Source of the DNA: Amoebidium appalachense
Taxonomy: Eukaryota; Protista; Ichthyosporea
Direction of reading: 5' to 3'
DNA: 64,000 bases
NCBI GenBank assembly: GCA_963693365.1
Contig: CAVNZM010000012.1
Coordinates: 5,592,889-5,656,888 of the forward strand
Shown: in pieces, positions 43,200 to 54,995 of the stretch
Layout: the number at the start of each line of letters is the position of its first letter
Position numbering within the stretch: the first letter of the stretch is position 1
Notes under the pieces: generated by a model
Databases searched by the model: none
What the model saw: only the letters and a program-made list of their open reading frames with translations
What the model was told of the DNA's origin: nothing
Program-made: the position numbers and the translations under genes

Positions 43200-44466
43200 A
43201 GGTCGTTGCACCGCGAGATCATATTGATGCGCAGACACAGGCACACTTGTTTAGAGTGCAGAACCTTACGACCGCGGGGGGGGGGGGGGGGGGGGGGGGA
43301 GGGGGGAGGGAGGGGGGAGAGAGGGGGAGGGGCGGAGATGGAAAGTTAATTTCAAATATATTGATCTCGAAAGTGAGCTGCTCGAAAGTTTTTCCTAGCC
43401 TGGGGGGGGGGGGTGGCGGAGAAAGGGGGGGGGGGGGGGGCAGGTGCAGATTTGCAGGCCCAGAGCTCAGGCCAGAAGAATTCAGGAGCAAGTGCACATA
43501 GCAACTGTGGACACCTGTTGGTCGAGAGAACACCGTGGCTTGAATGGGCATGCGCTGAGAGATACGGCCACCCTTGCCACCCATTTATTTCCCTTTACAT
43601 TTTGCTCGTGAACTTTGGCGAATAAACATACGTCATTTGAGATAAACCACTTTTAGAGATTTATCAGCAAACGTAACTTCTTATGCCAGCGTCGTCTTTA
43701 CCAGCCCCAGCAAGGGGATACATGAGCCGGTGCCTGTGGATCAATCTCACAAGCAGGCACAGGTGTGCTCCACAGGAGCAATGAAAAGAATGACAAATGT
43801 CATACAGAAACATGCTCAAAAAACGTAGCCTAGTGCCTAAATAGGCAAAGGGTGTGGTGGGTGGGCAAAAACTTAGCTAAAAAATTGGGCCTAAAGAGAC
43901 CTAAACGCGCTCAGTAGCGCCGCAACTGACATCCTTGGGGCCGCGCAAGCTCATTATATAGCGCGGCTCACATTTTTGCCTATGGAAATATGAAGAAATG
44001 ACTTAGAACCTATCAAATCCATGGAATCTACCAAAATGGAATTTTTGCTGCACATCAACCAATGAAAAATTTTCACAAGTGGCTAAAACCCCTAGATCAT
44101 AAAGACCAAATCGATTGCCGCCCATTTCGGACTAGATATAACTCAAACTCATCAATATATCCATTTGGCATATCCCACAGAACATAAAAACAGCTACAGC
44201 TCCCTAAATAAAAATGCTAGCAGCCTGAAACTTTGCGCACACATCAAACACACCAAGGCCTACACCATGCTACTACTACGAAATTTACAGCACACTCGCA
44301 ACACACAATGTCACTCCAACGGGGCCATCTAATTCTCCTGCAAAGAAAACACGCTTACAAACTAAATATTCTTATGCGTCGTCTTTACCAGCCCCAGCAA
44401 GGGGATACATGAGCCGGTGCCTGTGGATCAATCTCACAAGCAGGCACAGGTGTGCTCCACCACTCC

Positions 44467-45395
44467 CTATCTGGCACGGGAAGGAACGAACCATGCCGTG
44501 GGTGACTGACGCAGCGCTGCAGCCCGGGCAAGGAGCGACGCAGGCACGCGAATAGAAAGAATAAGAGACTGGCCGGCCTGCACATACCGGCGGAGGGAGG
44601 CATGCGATCTCCATCGACCACGCAGAGCAATCGTCTCTACAGAAACACCCCTGACGTAGTCTCTCGAGGCACCACCATGGCGAAGACTGTGAAGATGGAA
44701 CCCATACTCGTTGAGGCCGAGGGAGTCACATGCCGCTTGGAACTTGGCACGCAGAACATCATACGAAAAGGAAACAACCGCGCAGAAGGGGGGGCGCCAC
44801 GGAACCAGAAGGACAGGATGTCCAACAGGGACGGATCGGTGATGGGGACAAACTGATTTGGACCGGTCTTGGTGTCGGCCAGGCGGATGCCGCCTGTACC
44901 GGCTGCCATGCCGTGGGGAACGGGGTTGTCAGGCAAAACAAGATCCGCACGGGTGAGCATAAGCAGCTCGCTGACACGAAAATAACACTCAAATCCGAGC
45001 AAAACAGCAATACCAAACAAGGGACCAATTTTGGAATACAAATGATGGTCAATGACGAGGACCAATGAAAACGGAAGCGGGGGCATGGTCTTTGCTGGAA
45101 CAAGCCGGTTCCAGCCCTGCAGGCTCCGTTGGGCGGCCTGCAGGTGTGGACCCAGGCGTGGCATGAAATGCTTGATGCCGGCACCTGTGTTGACACAGCG
45201 CTGACGCTGGCCACGCGATGGATCAATGGCATAACACTCCTCAAAATACTCCACCAGGAGGTCGTCCAGTTCGGCGGGGGACTTGGTGTCGGTGCCAGGG
45301 GGCAACCAATCCAGGAACTCAACAACAGCATCCCGGTAGGCCTTGAGGGTTGGGGGCTTTATGGCCTGGTCAGCCAGAAAACCGCGAGGGACCAT
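44467..45395 (-). pseudogene. Tyrosine recombinase of family-2 element (frameshift ~44765)
   Basis: MVPRGFLADQAIKPPTLKAY, FECYFRVSELL, LADTKTGPNQFV, HSLRHGGAS, RGRWRSHASLRRY. Confidence 0.9.
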
Positions 45396-47431
45396 CTGCA
45401 GGATTGTGGGCTGACGGCAGCCACACACAATACAAACGAATGTCGAGGGCAAGCGTGTAGGCAGCCACCTGGCGGCATACACGGTTAAGGCGTCGGGATG
45501 CTGAACGACCCTTAGCAACAGCCCCAAGCAGCGCCGTCGAATCAAGGCCCCAAAGGTAGCGGGAGCCCCGGGCAGCCGTAGACCGACCTAATCGACGAAG
45601 CCCCAGGAGCAAGGCTTCTTTCTCCCTTCAGAATGTTGATGTGGTCGGAGTGGCGCCAACGATGACTGATGTTGGTGGTCCACCGGCCACCAACAGCTGC
45701 AGGATAGGTGCCGGGGGGGCGGACGGGCTTGGCTCGTGCACAGGACCAGACAGCTGGCTGTAGTGGCCACCCCGGTTGCAGTGAGGCAGCACTTCGCGGA
45801 GAAGCGTTGCTGGAAGCACCCGGGACACCACTGCACCACCCAACAAGGAAGCATCAGTGCAGAACATGGTGCTAGCAAACCCAGAACGCAAATCACAACG
45901 CATCAAAGGGGCCAAATGCACATTGCCTGAAGCTCCCACACCACGGGCGGGGGAAGGGGCTGTTCCCGACCCCCCAGCTGCTCCACAAAACTGTAGACGG
46001 CACTCAGAACCAACAAAAGCGGACGCTGCAGCAGTGCCGCCCACACCCAACCACCAAGCAACTGCTGCAAACGGAGCTGCGTGACCACACCATGACGCAA
46101 TACGGCCTGGGTTTCCGCCACTAGACGGCACAAGGAAGCGCCAGACGGGCGCATATCCCAGAGCGATGCATTTCCAGGCCTAGCAGCACCATAGAGGACG
46201 ACGAACCAGCAGCCACATCCTTCTTGACATTGGAGGGAAGACCAGGCGGGCCTGGGCCGGTGAGGCCATGATTTGATTCACGCTGACGATTGATGGCGGT
46301 GGCATCTGTGCCGACCCAGCCACAGTCGTCCACATACAGGGCATGCTGCGTGGCCTCCACAGGCCGCGGCACTATCACACAGAGGCGCTCAATGCGGGGC
46401 ATGCCGGCTCGGTCAGCCAACTGCCCATGGACGTCTTGAGCCACAAGCACAGAATGCACCCAGCCCATGGGCACGGTCTTGAGGGCCGGGTACACAAGCC
46501 GGTCGGGCCCAGAAATGCCAACAGCCTCCGAAGACACAGGCGGCAATCCGAAGTACCGCCGCAGCCACTCCGGGGCAAGAAGACGATGGAACTGCTTGTC
46601 CATGTCCGACTTGCCAAAATAGAGGCAATCCTCAGGCCCCAGCAACAGATCGGCAAAATCGGCAGGGTTGGGCAGGTGCACCTTGAGGGCAGGATGATCA
46701 CGGGCAAAGAACAGGTTGCCACGGCGGCCGTCAAAAATGACGCGGGCTCTGGTGTCTTTGGGGACCCCAAACAGCCCATTGATGGCCAGTGGTTTTTCCT
46801 TCGCCTCGAAATTTTGCACCATGCCGCAGTCTTGAAGCCGAAGAAGCAGGGGACCGTATTCCCCACTGGGAACGTGATGCGCCGGTCGGATGCGGCGCAG
46901 CTCTGCAGGCGTCGGCGGAACAGGCTTGAGAAGGCCGCCGTCGCAGTTGGCCAAAAACGGTTGCAGCGTAGGAGACAAAAACTGCAACACGTCCACTGTG
47001 GCTCGAACCCCAGGTGGTGGCAAAGCGGCATTTGCCGCCGTGAGAGGTAGCCATCCTGTCAATACAGGGTAGGCCGCAGGGAACGCAGCCAAGACACTAC
47101 TCGCAGGCTGAGCGTCGTAGACACCCGCGCGTATAGCATCGTAGCTGGCCCTAAGGACAAAGGTCCACAGGGCATGGTGGTGACTGTTCACCAACCGGGT
47201 CGGGAATGGGCAAGGGCCGCCTGCCCACAGCTCGTTGAGGGCACCAAGACAACGGTTAGCCAAGGTAACCCCCTTCAGGCGGTGAGACAGACGTTGCCGA
47301 CGGCGTTGACTCCGTTGACGGGCTTGTCCAGAACGGTCCGGCACAGGAATGACCGGAACAGGAAACAAATCAGAGGCGGCAAAGACATGACGTGGCATAG
47401 CTGTGGAATCCTTAGAAAAATTAGGGGGCAT
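45370..47431 (-). pseudogene. Reverse transcriptase/RNase H ORF of family-2 element (frameshifts)
   Basis: GLFGVPKDTRARVIFDGR, KSDMDKQF, VPMGWVHS, LYVDD; RNase H FCTDASLLGGAV, GLDST, AKGRSASRRLN, WLPSAHNPADGPSR. Confidence 0.9.
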
Positions 47432-47508
47432 ATTTAATCAAGGGCACGTGGCAGGAAACCACAAGAAAATAATATACCGAACCGCGTGCCGAACCCCCAA
47501 AGGGCCGT

Positions 47509-48357
47509 TTAGGCCCTGTGCCCACCGGTCCCCGGAGGGGTCGATGGACCGGCTCCGGATGGGCCACTGCCGGGACCGCGCCGAGCCCGGGTGACTTCGG
47601 CGAGGGTCTTGGCTTGACGAACAGCCCGGGTGGCCAAGGCAGGGGGCAGGGGCAGGCTGCGCGCAGGGAGCTCCTCAAACTGCTCTGCAACAGCCCAGTC
47701 GCCGTTGGACTGATCAGCAGTCTGCACAGCCACCAGACGGCGCACACCAACTTCCACAGCAGGTGACTCCTTGCGGGCCTTAGGGTCGGCGGCCAGCAGC
47801 AGATCCAGCATACGGGCAAGCTTCAGAGCCTCCCGTTTGTTGCGGTAGCTGACCCAATCCGCCGTGTGGACAGCCGCAGTGACCGAGGCCTGGTCAGCCA
47901 AGGTGCTCTTGAGGTAGGAAGGGGCCAGACGTTCTTTGACGCGCAGGTTGACTTTGGCGCCGCTGGAGAGCAGATAACGGCTGGGGTTGGGTTTGGAACG
48001 GCCAGAGGAACGACGGCTGCGAGAGGAACGACCGTAGCCACTGCTGCTGGAATCAGAATCCTCACTCGACGATGGGGTGTCTTCACTGCCGGTGTCGTAC
48101 GCATAGGCAGGCTCCTTGCCCTTTGCCCGCGCAGACAGCGTGCTCAGCAGGCCGCCGGCAGAGGGCTTCTTGGGGCGACTTGGGGCGACCAGACTAGACA
48201 ACAGAGAGGGCTTGCACTTGGGCAGAAAGCGCCTGCAGCTGCTCTTGGACGTCTACACCGTCAGAACGCCGCTGGGGAGAGGGCGACCCAGGTGGGGGGG
48301 AAGCACGGCCGCTGCGAGGAGTGCGACAGAGCAAGTGCAGCTGGTCGGTGACTTTCC
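47509..48357 (-). pseudogene. ORF1 (gag-like, Ser-rich) 3' part, family-2 element
   Basis: Same protein as 53794-54492(+), 60065-61027(-) and 49087-49655(+). Positioned upstream of RT. Confidence 0.75.
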
Positions 48358-51300
48358 AATATTTAGTTTGTAAACGTGTTTTCTTTGCAGGAGAATTAGA
48401 TAGTCCCGTTGGAGTGAAATTGTGTGTTGCGAGTGTGCTGTAAAATTCGTAGTAGTAGCATGTTGTAGGCCTTGGTGTGTTTGATGTGTGTGCAAAGTAT
48501 CAGGCTGCTAGCATTTTTATTTAGGGAGCTGTAGCTGTTTTTATGTTCTGTTGGATATGCCATATGGATATATTGATGAGTTTGAGTTATATCTAGTCCG
48601 AAATGGGCGGCAATTGATTTGGTCTTTGTGATCTAGGGGTTTTAGCCACTTGTGAAAATATTTCATTGGTTGATGTGCAGCAAAAATTCCATTTTGGTAG
48701 ATTTCATGGATTTGATAGGTTTTAAGTCATTTTTCTTTTCCAGTGGCAAAAATGTGGGCCGCGCTATATAATGAGCTTGCGCGGCCCCAGTGAGGTCAGT
48801 TGCGGCGCTACTGAGCGCGTTTAGGTCTCTTTAGGCCCAATTTTTTAGCTAAGTTTTTGCAACTCTAGTCCTCGTTTTTCGCGCTGTTGTTCGTTTTTTC
48901 TCTAGTTTTTTTTGCCCAGGAGCGCGCGCTTAGCTTTGGCAGCATCTGGTAAGAGTTTTGCGTGCGCGCCGTTGCGTTATAGCTGGTTTTCGGACGTTTT
49001 TTGCGGTGTCGGTTTTCCCGCGTTTTTGCATTTTCCAGTCTTCGTTTTCAAGTTTTCGTGCTCTAGTCTGGTTTGTGAGCATTGCAATGGCCCCTCCTCC
49101 TGCTCTGGTCGCAAAGGGGGCCGCTCTCCTCGAAAAGCTTTTGGAGATCTCTACCGATGCGGACGACGCAAGTCTCAAAAGTCTGGCCGTTTTGCAGTGG
49201 CGCCAAAGTCAACCTGCGCGTCAAAGAACGTCTGGCACCTTCCTACCTCAAGAGCACCTTGGCCGACCAGGCCTCGGTCACTGCGGCTGTCCACACGGCG
49301 GATTGGGTCAGCTACCGCAACAAACGGGAGGCTCTGACGCTTGCCCGTATGCTGGATCTGCTGCTGGCCGCCGACCCTAAGGCCCGCAAGGAGTCACCTG
49401 CTGTGGAAGTTGGTGTGCGCCGTCTGCTGGCTGTGCAGACTGCTGATCAGTCCAACGGGGACTGGGCTGTTGCAGAGCAGTTTGAGGAGCTCCCTGCGCG
49501 CAGCCTGCCCCTGCCCCCTCCCTGCCTTGGCCTACCGGGCTGTTCGTCAAGCCAAGACCCTCGCCGAAGTCACCCGGGCTCGGCGCGGTCCCGGCAGTGG
49601 CCCATCCGGAGCCGGTCCATCGACCCCTCCGGGGACCGGTGGGCACAGGGCCTAAACGGCCCTTTGGGGGTTCGGCACGCGGTTCTGTATATTATTTTCT
49701 TGTGGTTTCCTGCCAAGTGCCCTTGATTAAATATGCCCCCTAATTTTTCTAAGGATTCCACAGCTATGCCACGTCATGTCTTTGCCGCCTCTGATTTGTT
49801 TCCTGTTCCGGCCACTCCTGTGCCGGACCGTTCTGGACAAGCCCGTCTACGGAGTCAACGCCGTCGGCAACGTCTGTCTCACCGCATGAAGGGGGTTACC
49901 TTGGCTAACCGTTGTCTTGGTGCCCTCAACGAGCTGTGGGCAGGCGGCCCTTGCCCATTCCCGACCCGGTTGGTGAACAGTCACCACCATGCCCTGTGGA
50001 CCTTTGTCCTTAGGGCCAGCTACGATGCTATACGCGCGGGTGTCTACGACGCTTAGCCTGCGAGTAGTGTCTTGGCTGCGTTCCCCGCGGCCTACCCTGT
50101 ATTGACAGGATGGCTACCTCTCACGGCGGCAAATGCCGCTTTGCCACCCCCTGGGGTTGGAGCCACAGTGGACGTGTTGCAGTTTTTGTCTCCTACGCTG
50201 CAGCCGTTTTTGGCCAACTGCGACTGCGGCCTTCTCAAGCCTGTTCCGCCGACGCCTGCAGAGCTGCGCCGCATCCGACCGGCGCATCACGTTCCCAGTG
50301 GGGAATACGGTCCCCTGCTTCTTCGGCTTCAAGGCTGCGGCATGGTGCACTATTTCGAGGCGAAGGAAAAACCACTGGCCATCAATGGGCTGTTTGGGGT
50401 CCCCAAAGACACCAGAGCCCGCGTCATTTTTGACGGCCGCCGTGGCAACCTGTTCTTTGCCCGTGATCATCCTGCCCTCAACGTGCACCTGCCCAACCCT
50501 GCTGATTTTGCCGATCGGTTGCTGGGGCCTGAGGATTGCCTCTATTTGGCAAGTCGGACATGGACAACCAGTTCCATCGTCTTCTTGCCCCGGAGTAGCT
50601 GTGGCGGTACTTCGGATTGCCGCCTGTGTCTTCGGAGGCTGTTGGCATTTCTGGGCCCGACCGGCTTTGGTACCCGGCCCTCAAGACCGTGCCCATGGGC
50701 TGGGTGCATTCTGTGCTTGTGGCTCAAGACGTCCATGGGCAGTTGGCTGACCGAGCCGGCATGCCCCGCATTGAGCGCCTCTGTGCGATAGTGCCGCGGC
50801 CTGTGGAGGCCACGCAGCATGCCCTGTATGTGGACGACTGTGGCTGGGTCGGCACAGATGCCACCGCCATCGATCGTCAGCGTGAATCGTATCATGGCGT
50901 CACCGGCCCGGCTGGTCTCCCCTCCAATGTCAAGAAGGATGTGGCTGCTGGTTCGTCATCCTCTATGGTGCTGCTAGGCCTGGAAATGCATCGCTCTGGG
51001 ATATTGCGCCCGTCTGGCGCTTCCTTGTGCCGTCTGGTGGCGGAAACCCAGGCCGTGTTGAGTCGTGGTGTCGTCACGCAGCTCCGTTTGCAGCAGTTGC
51101 TTGGTGGTTGGGTGTGGGCGGCACTGCTGCAGCGGCCGCTTTTGTCGGTTCTGAGTGTCGTCTACCGTTTTGTGGAGCAGCTGGGGGGTCGGAACAGCCC
51201 CTTCCCCCGCCCGTGGTGTGGGAGCTTCAGGCGATGTGTGCTTTGGCCCCTTTGATGGGTTGTGATATTAAGTTTGTAAACGTGTTTTCTTTGCAGGAGA

Positions 51301-52160
51301 ATTAGATAGCCCCGTTGGAGTGAAGTTGTGTGTTGCGAGTGTGCTGTAAACTTCGTGGTAGTATAATGCTGTAGACCATGGTGTGTTTGATGTGTGTGCA
51401 AAGTTTCAGGCTGCTAGCATTTTTATTTAGGGAGCTGTAGCTGTTTTTATGTTCTGTGGGATATGCCATATGGATATATTGATGAGTTTGAGTTATATCT
51501 AGTCCGAAATGGGCGGCAATCGATTTGGTCTTTATGATCTAGGGGTCTTAGCCACTTGTGAAAAATTTTCATTGGTTGATGTGCAGCAAAAATTCCATTT
51601 TGGTAGATTTCATGGATTTGATAGGTTCTAAGTCATTTCTTCATATTTCCTTAGGCAAAACTGTGGGCCGCGCTCTATAATGAGCTTGCGCGGCCCCAGG
51701 GAGGTCAGTTGCGGCGCTACTGAGCGCGTTTAGGTCTCTTTAGGCCCAATTTTTTAGCTAAGTTTTTGCCCACCCACCACACCCTTTGCCTATTTAGGCA
51801 CTAGGCTACGTTTTTTGAGCATGTTTCTGTATGACATTTGTCATTCTTTTCATTGCTCCTGTGGAGCACACCTGTGCCTGCTTGTGAGATTGATCCACAG
51901 GCACCGGCTCATGTATCCCCTTGCTGGGGCTGGTAAAGACGACGTTGGCATAAGAATTTGCGTTCTGGGTTTGCTAGCACCATGTTCTGCACTGATGCTT
52001 CCTTGTTGGGTGGTGCAGTGGTGTCCCGGGTGCTTCCAGCAACGCTTCTCCGCGAAGTGCTGCCTCACTGCAACCGGCGTGGCCACTACAGCCAGCTGTC
52101 TGGTCCTGTGCACGAGCCAAGCCCGTCCGCCCCCCCGACGCCTATCCTGGCAGCTGTTGG
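48358..52160 (+). mobile_element. Family-2 copy inserted antiparallel into ORF1 of the previous copy (A1-UTR-deleted ORF1-RT, interrupted by a solo A-C-B)
   Basis: A1 at 48358-48860, ORF1 ATG at 49087 with deletion at 49198, RT from 49733 with stop/frameshifts. RNaseH resumes at 51958 and breaks at 52160. Confidence 0.88.
51265..51957 (+). mobile_element. Solo A-C-B unit inserted in the RNase H region
   Basis: Removing it restores GGGTTGTGAT|TTGCGTTCTG. AT is present at both ends. Confidence 0.92.
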
Positions 52161-53212
52161 ATGTCATACACAAACATGCTCAAAAAACGTAGCCTAGTGC
52201 CTAAATAGGCAAAGGGTGTGGTGGGTGGGCAAAAACTTAGCTAAAAAATTGGGCCTAAAGAGACCTAAACGCGCTCAGTAGCGCCGCAACTGACCTCCCT
52301 GGGGTCGCGCAAGCTCATTATAGAGCGCGGCCCACATTTTTGCCTATGGAAATATGAAGAAATGACTTAGAACCTATCAAATCCATGAAATCTACCAAAA
52401 TGTTGCTGCACATCAACCAATGAAAAATTTTCACAAGTGGCTAAAACCCCTAGATCACAAAGACCAAATCAATTGCCGCCCATTTCGGACTAGATATAAC
52501 TCAAACTCATCAATATATCCATATGGCATATCCCACAGAACATAAAAACAGCTACAGCTCCCTAAATAAAAATGCTAGCAGCCTGAAACTTTGCACACAC
52601 ATCAAACACACCAAGGCCTACACCATGCTACTACTACGAACTTTACAGCACACCCGCAACACACAATTTCACTCCAACGGGGCTATCTAATTCTCCTGCA
52701 AAGAAAACACATTTACAAACTTAATATTCTTATGCCAACGTCGTCTTTACCAGCCCCAGCAAGGGGGTACATGAACCGGTGCCTGTGGATCAATCTCACA
52801 AGCAGGCACAGGTGTGCTCCACCACTCCCTACCTGGCACGGGAAGGAACGAACCATGCCGTGGGTGACTGACGCAGCGCTGCAGCCCGGGCAAGGAGCGA
52901 CGCAGGCACGCGAATAGAAAGAACAAGAGACTGGCCGGCCTGCACATACCGGCGGAGGGAGGCATGCGATCTCCATCGACCACGCAGAGCGATCGTCTCT
53001 ACTGAAACACCCCTGACATAGTCTCTTGAGGCACCACCATGGCGAAGACTGTGAAGATGGAACCCATACTCGTTGAGGCCGAGGGAGTCACATGCCGCTT
53101 GGAACTTGGAACGCAGAACATCATACGAGAAAGGAAACAGCCGCGCAGAAGGGGGGGCGCCACGGAACCAGAAAGACAGGATGGCCAACAGGGACGGATC
53201 GGTGATGGGGAC
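52161..53212 (-). mobile_element. Family-2 3' fragment (YR C-terminus-B1-A2-partial C)
   Basis: HSLRHGGAS...RGRWRS ORF at 52829-53212, followed by the B|A junction CATAAGAATATTAAG at ~52727. Confidence 0.88.
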
Positions 53213-54995
53213 AATATTAAGTTTGTAATCGTGTTTTCTTTGCAGGAGAATTAGATAGCCCCGTTGGAGTGAAATTGTGTGTTGCGAATGTGCTGTAAAC
53301 TTCGTGGTAGTATAATGCTGTAGGCCATGGTGTGTTTGATGTGTGTGCAAAGTTTCAGGCTGCTAGCATTTTTATTTAGGGAGCTGTAGCTGTTTTTATG
53401 TTCTGTGGGATATGCCATATGGATATATTGATGAGTTTGAGTTATATCTAGTCCGAAATGGGCGGCAATCGATTTGGTCTTTATGATCTAGGGGTTTTAG
53501 CCACTTGTGGAAATTTTTCATTGGTTGATGTGCCGCAAAAATTCCATTTTGGTAGATTTCATGGATTTGATAGGTTCTAAGTCATTTCTTCATATTTCCA
53601 TAGGCAAAAATGTGGGCCGCGCTCTATAATGAGCTTGCGCGGCCCCAGGGAGGTCAGTTGCGGCGCTACTGAGCGCGTTTAGGTCTCTTTAGGCCCAATT
53701 TTTTAGCTAAGTTTTTGCAACTCTAGTCCCCGTTTCCAGCGGCGTTCTGACGGTGTAGACGTCCAAGAGCAGCTGCAGGCGCTTTCTGCCCAAGTGCAAG
53801 CCCTCTCTGTTGCCCAGTCTGGTCGCCCCAAGAAGCCCTCTGCCGGCGGCCTGCTGAGCACGCTGTCTGCGCGGGCAATGGGCAAGGAGCCTGTCTATGC
53901 GTACGACACCGGCAGTGAAGACACCCCATCGTCGAGTGAGGATTCTGATTCCAGCAGCAGTGGCTACGGTCTTTCCTCTCGCAGCCGTCGTTCCTCTGGC
54001 CGTTCCAAACCCAACCCCAGCCGTTATCTGCTCTCCAGCGGCGCCAAAGTCAACCTGCGCGTCAAAGAACGTCTGGCCCCTTCCTACCTCAAGAGCACCT
54101 TGGCTGACCAGGCCTCGGTCACTGCGGCTGTCCACACGGCGGATTGGGTCAGCTACCGCAACAAACGGGAGGCTCTGACGCTTGCCCGTATGCTGGATCT
54201 GCTGCTGGCCGCCGACCCTAAGGCCCGCAAGGAGTCACCTGCTGTGGAAGTTGGTGTGCGCAGTCTGCTGGCTGTGCAGACTGCTGATCAGTCCAACGGG
54301 GACTGGGCTGTTGCAGAGCAGTTTGAGGAGCTCCCTGCGCGCAGCCTGCCCCTGCCCCCTGCCTTGGCCACCCGGGCTGTTCGTCAAGCCAAGACCCTCG
54401 CCGAAGTCACCCGGGCTCGGCGCGGTCCCGGCAGTGGCCCATCCGGAGCCGGTCCATCGACCCCTCCGGGGACCGGTGGGCACAGGGCCTAAACGGCCCT
54501 TTGGGGGTTCGGCACGCGGTTCGGTATATTATTTTCTTGTGGTTTCCTGCCACGTGCCCTTGATTAAATATGCCCCCTAATTTTTCTAAGGATTCCACAG
54601 CTATGCCACGTCATGTCTTTGCCGCCTCTGATTTGTTTCCTGTTCCGGCCATTCCTGTGCCGGACCGTTCTGGACAAGCCCGTCTACGGAGTCAACGCCG
54701 TCGGCAACGTCTGTCTCACCGCCTGAAGGGGGTTACCTTGGCTAACCGTTGTCTTGGTGCCCTCAACGAGCTGTGGGCAGGCGGCCCTTGCCCATTCCCG
54801 ACCCGGTTGGTGACCAGTCACCACCATGCCCTGTGGACCTTTGTCCTTAGGGCCAGCTACGATGCTATACGCGCGGGTGTCTACGACGCTCAGCCTGCGA
54901 GTAGTGTCTTGGCTGCGTTCCCCGCGGCCTACCCTGTATTGACTGGATGGCTACCTCTCACGGCGGCAAATGCCGCTTTGCCACCCCCTGGGGTT
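53213..54995 (+). mobile_element. Family-2 copy inserted antiparallel into YR (A1, deleted UTR/ORF1 start, RT N-terminus)
   Basis: A1 at 53213-53718, deletion at 53735, ORF1 stop at 54492, RT 54570-54995 fused to antisense YR. Confidence 0.88.

Larger units (their letters stand above)
43678..48357 (-). mobile_element. Most complete family-2 copy (5'-truncated ORF1, RT/RNaseH, YR, B1-A2-C-B2)
   Basis: B2-C-A2 at 43678-44370, B1 at ~44369-44460, then YR, RNaseH/RT and ORF1. Interrupted at 48358 by an opposite-strand copy. Confidence 0.92.

Noticed and set aside
42509-44370. Foldback/TIR DNA transposon
   Set aside because: Each arm is an independent A-C-B terminus of the YR element, and the right arm continues into B1 and the YR ORF.
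52591-52917. Recurrent ORFs MHTHQTHQGL... in A/B repeats
   Set aside because: Antisense frames of the non-coding terminal repeats with non-ATG starts. They recur only because the repeat recurs.
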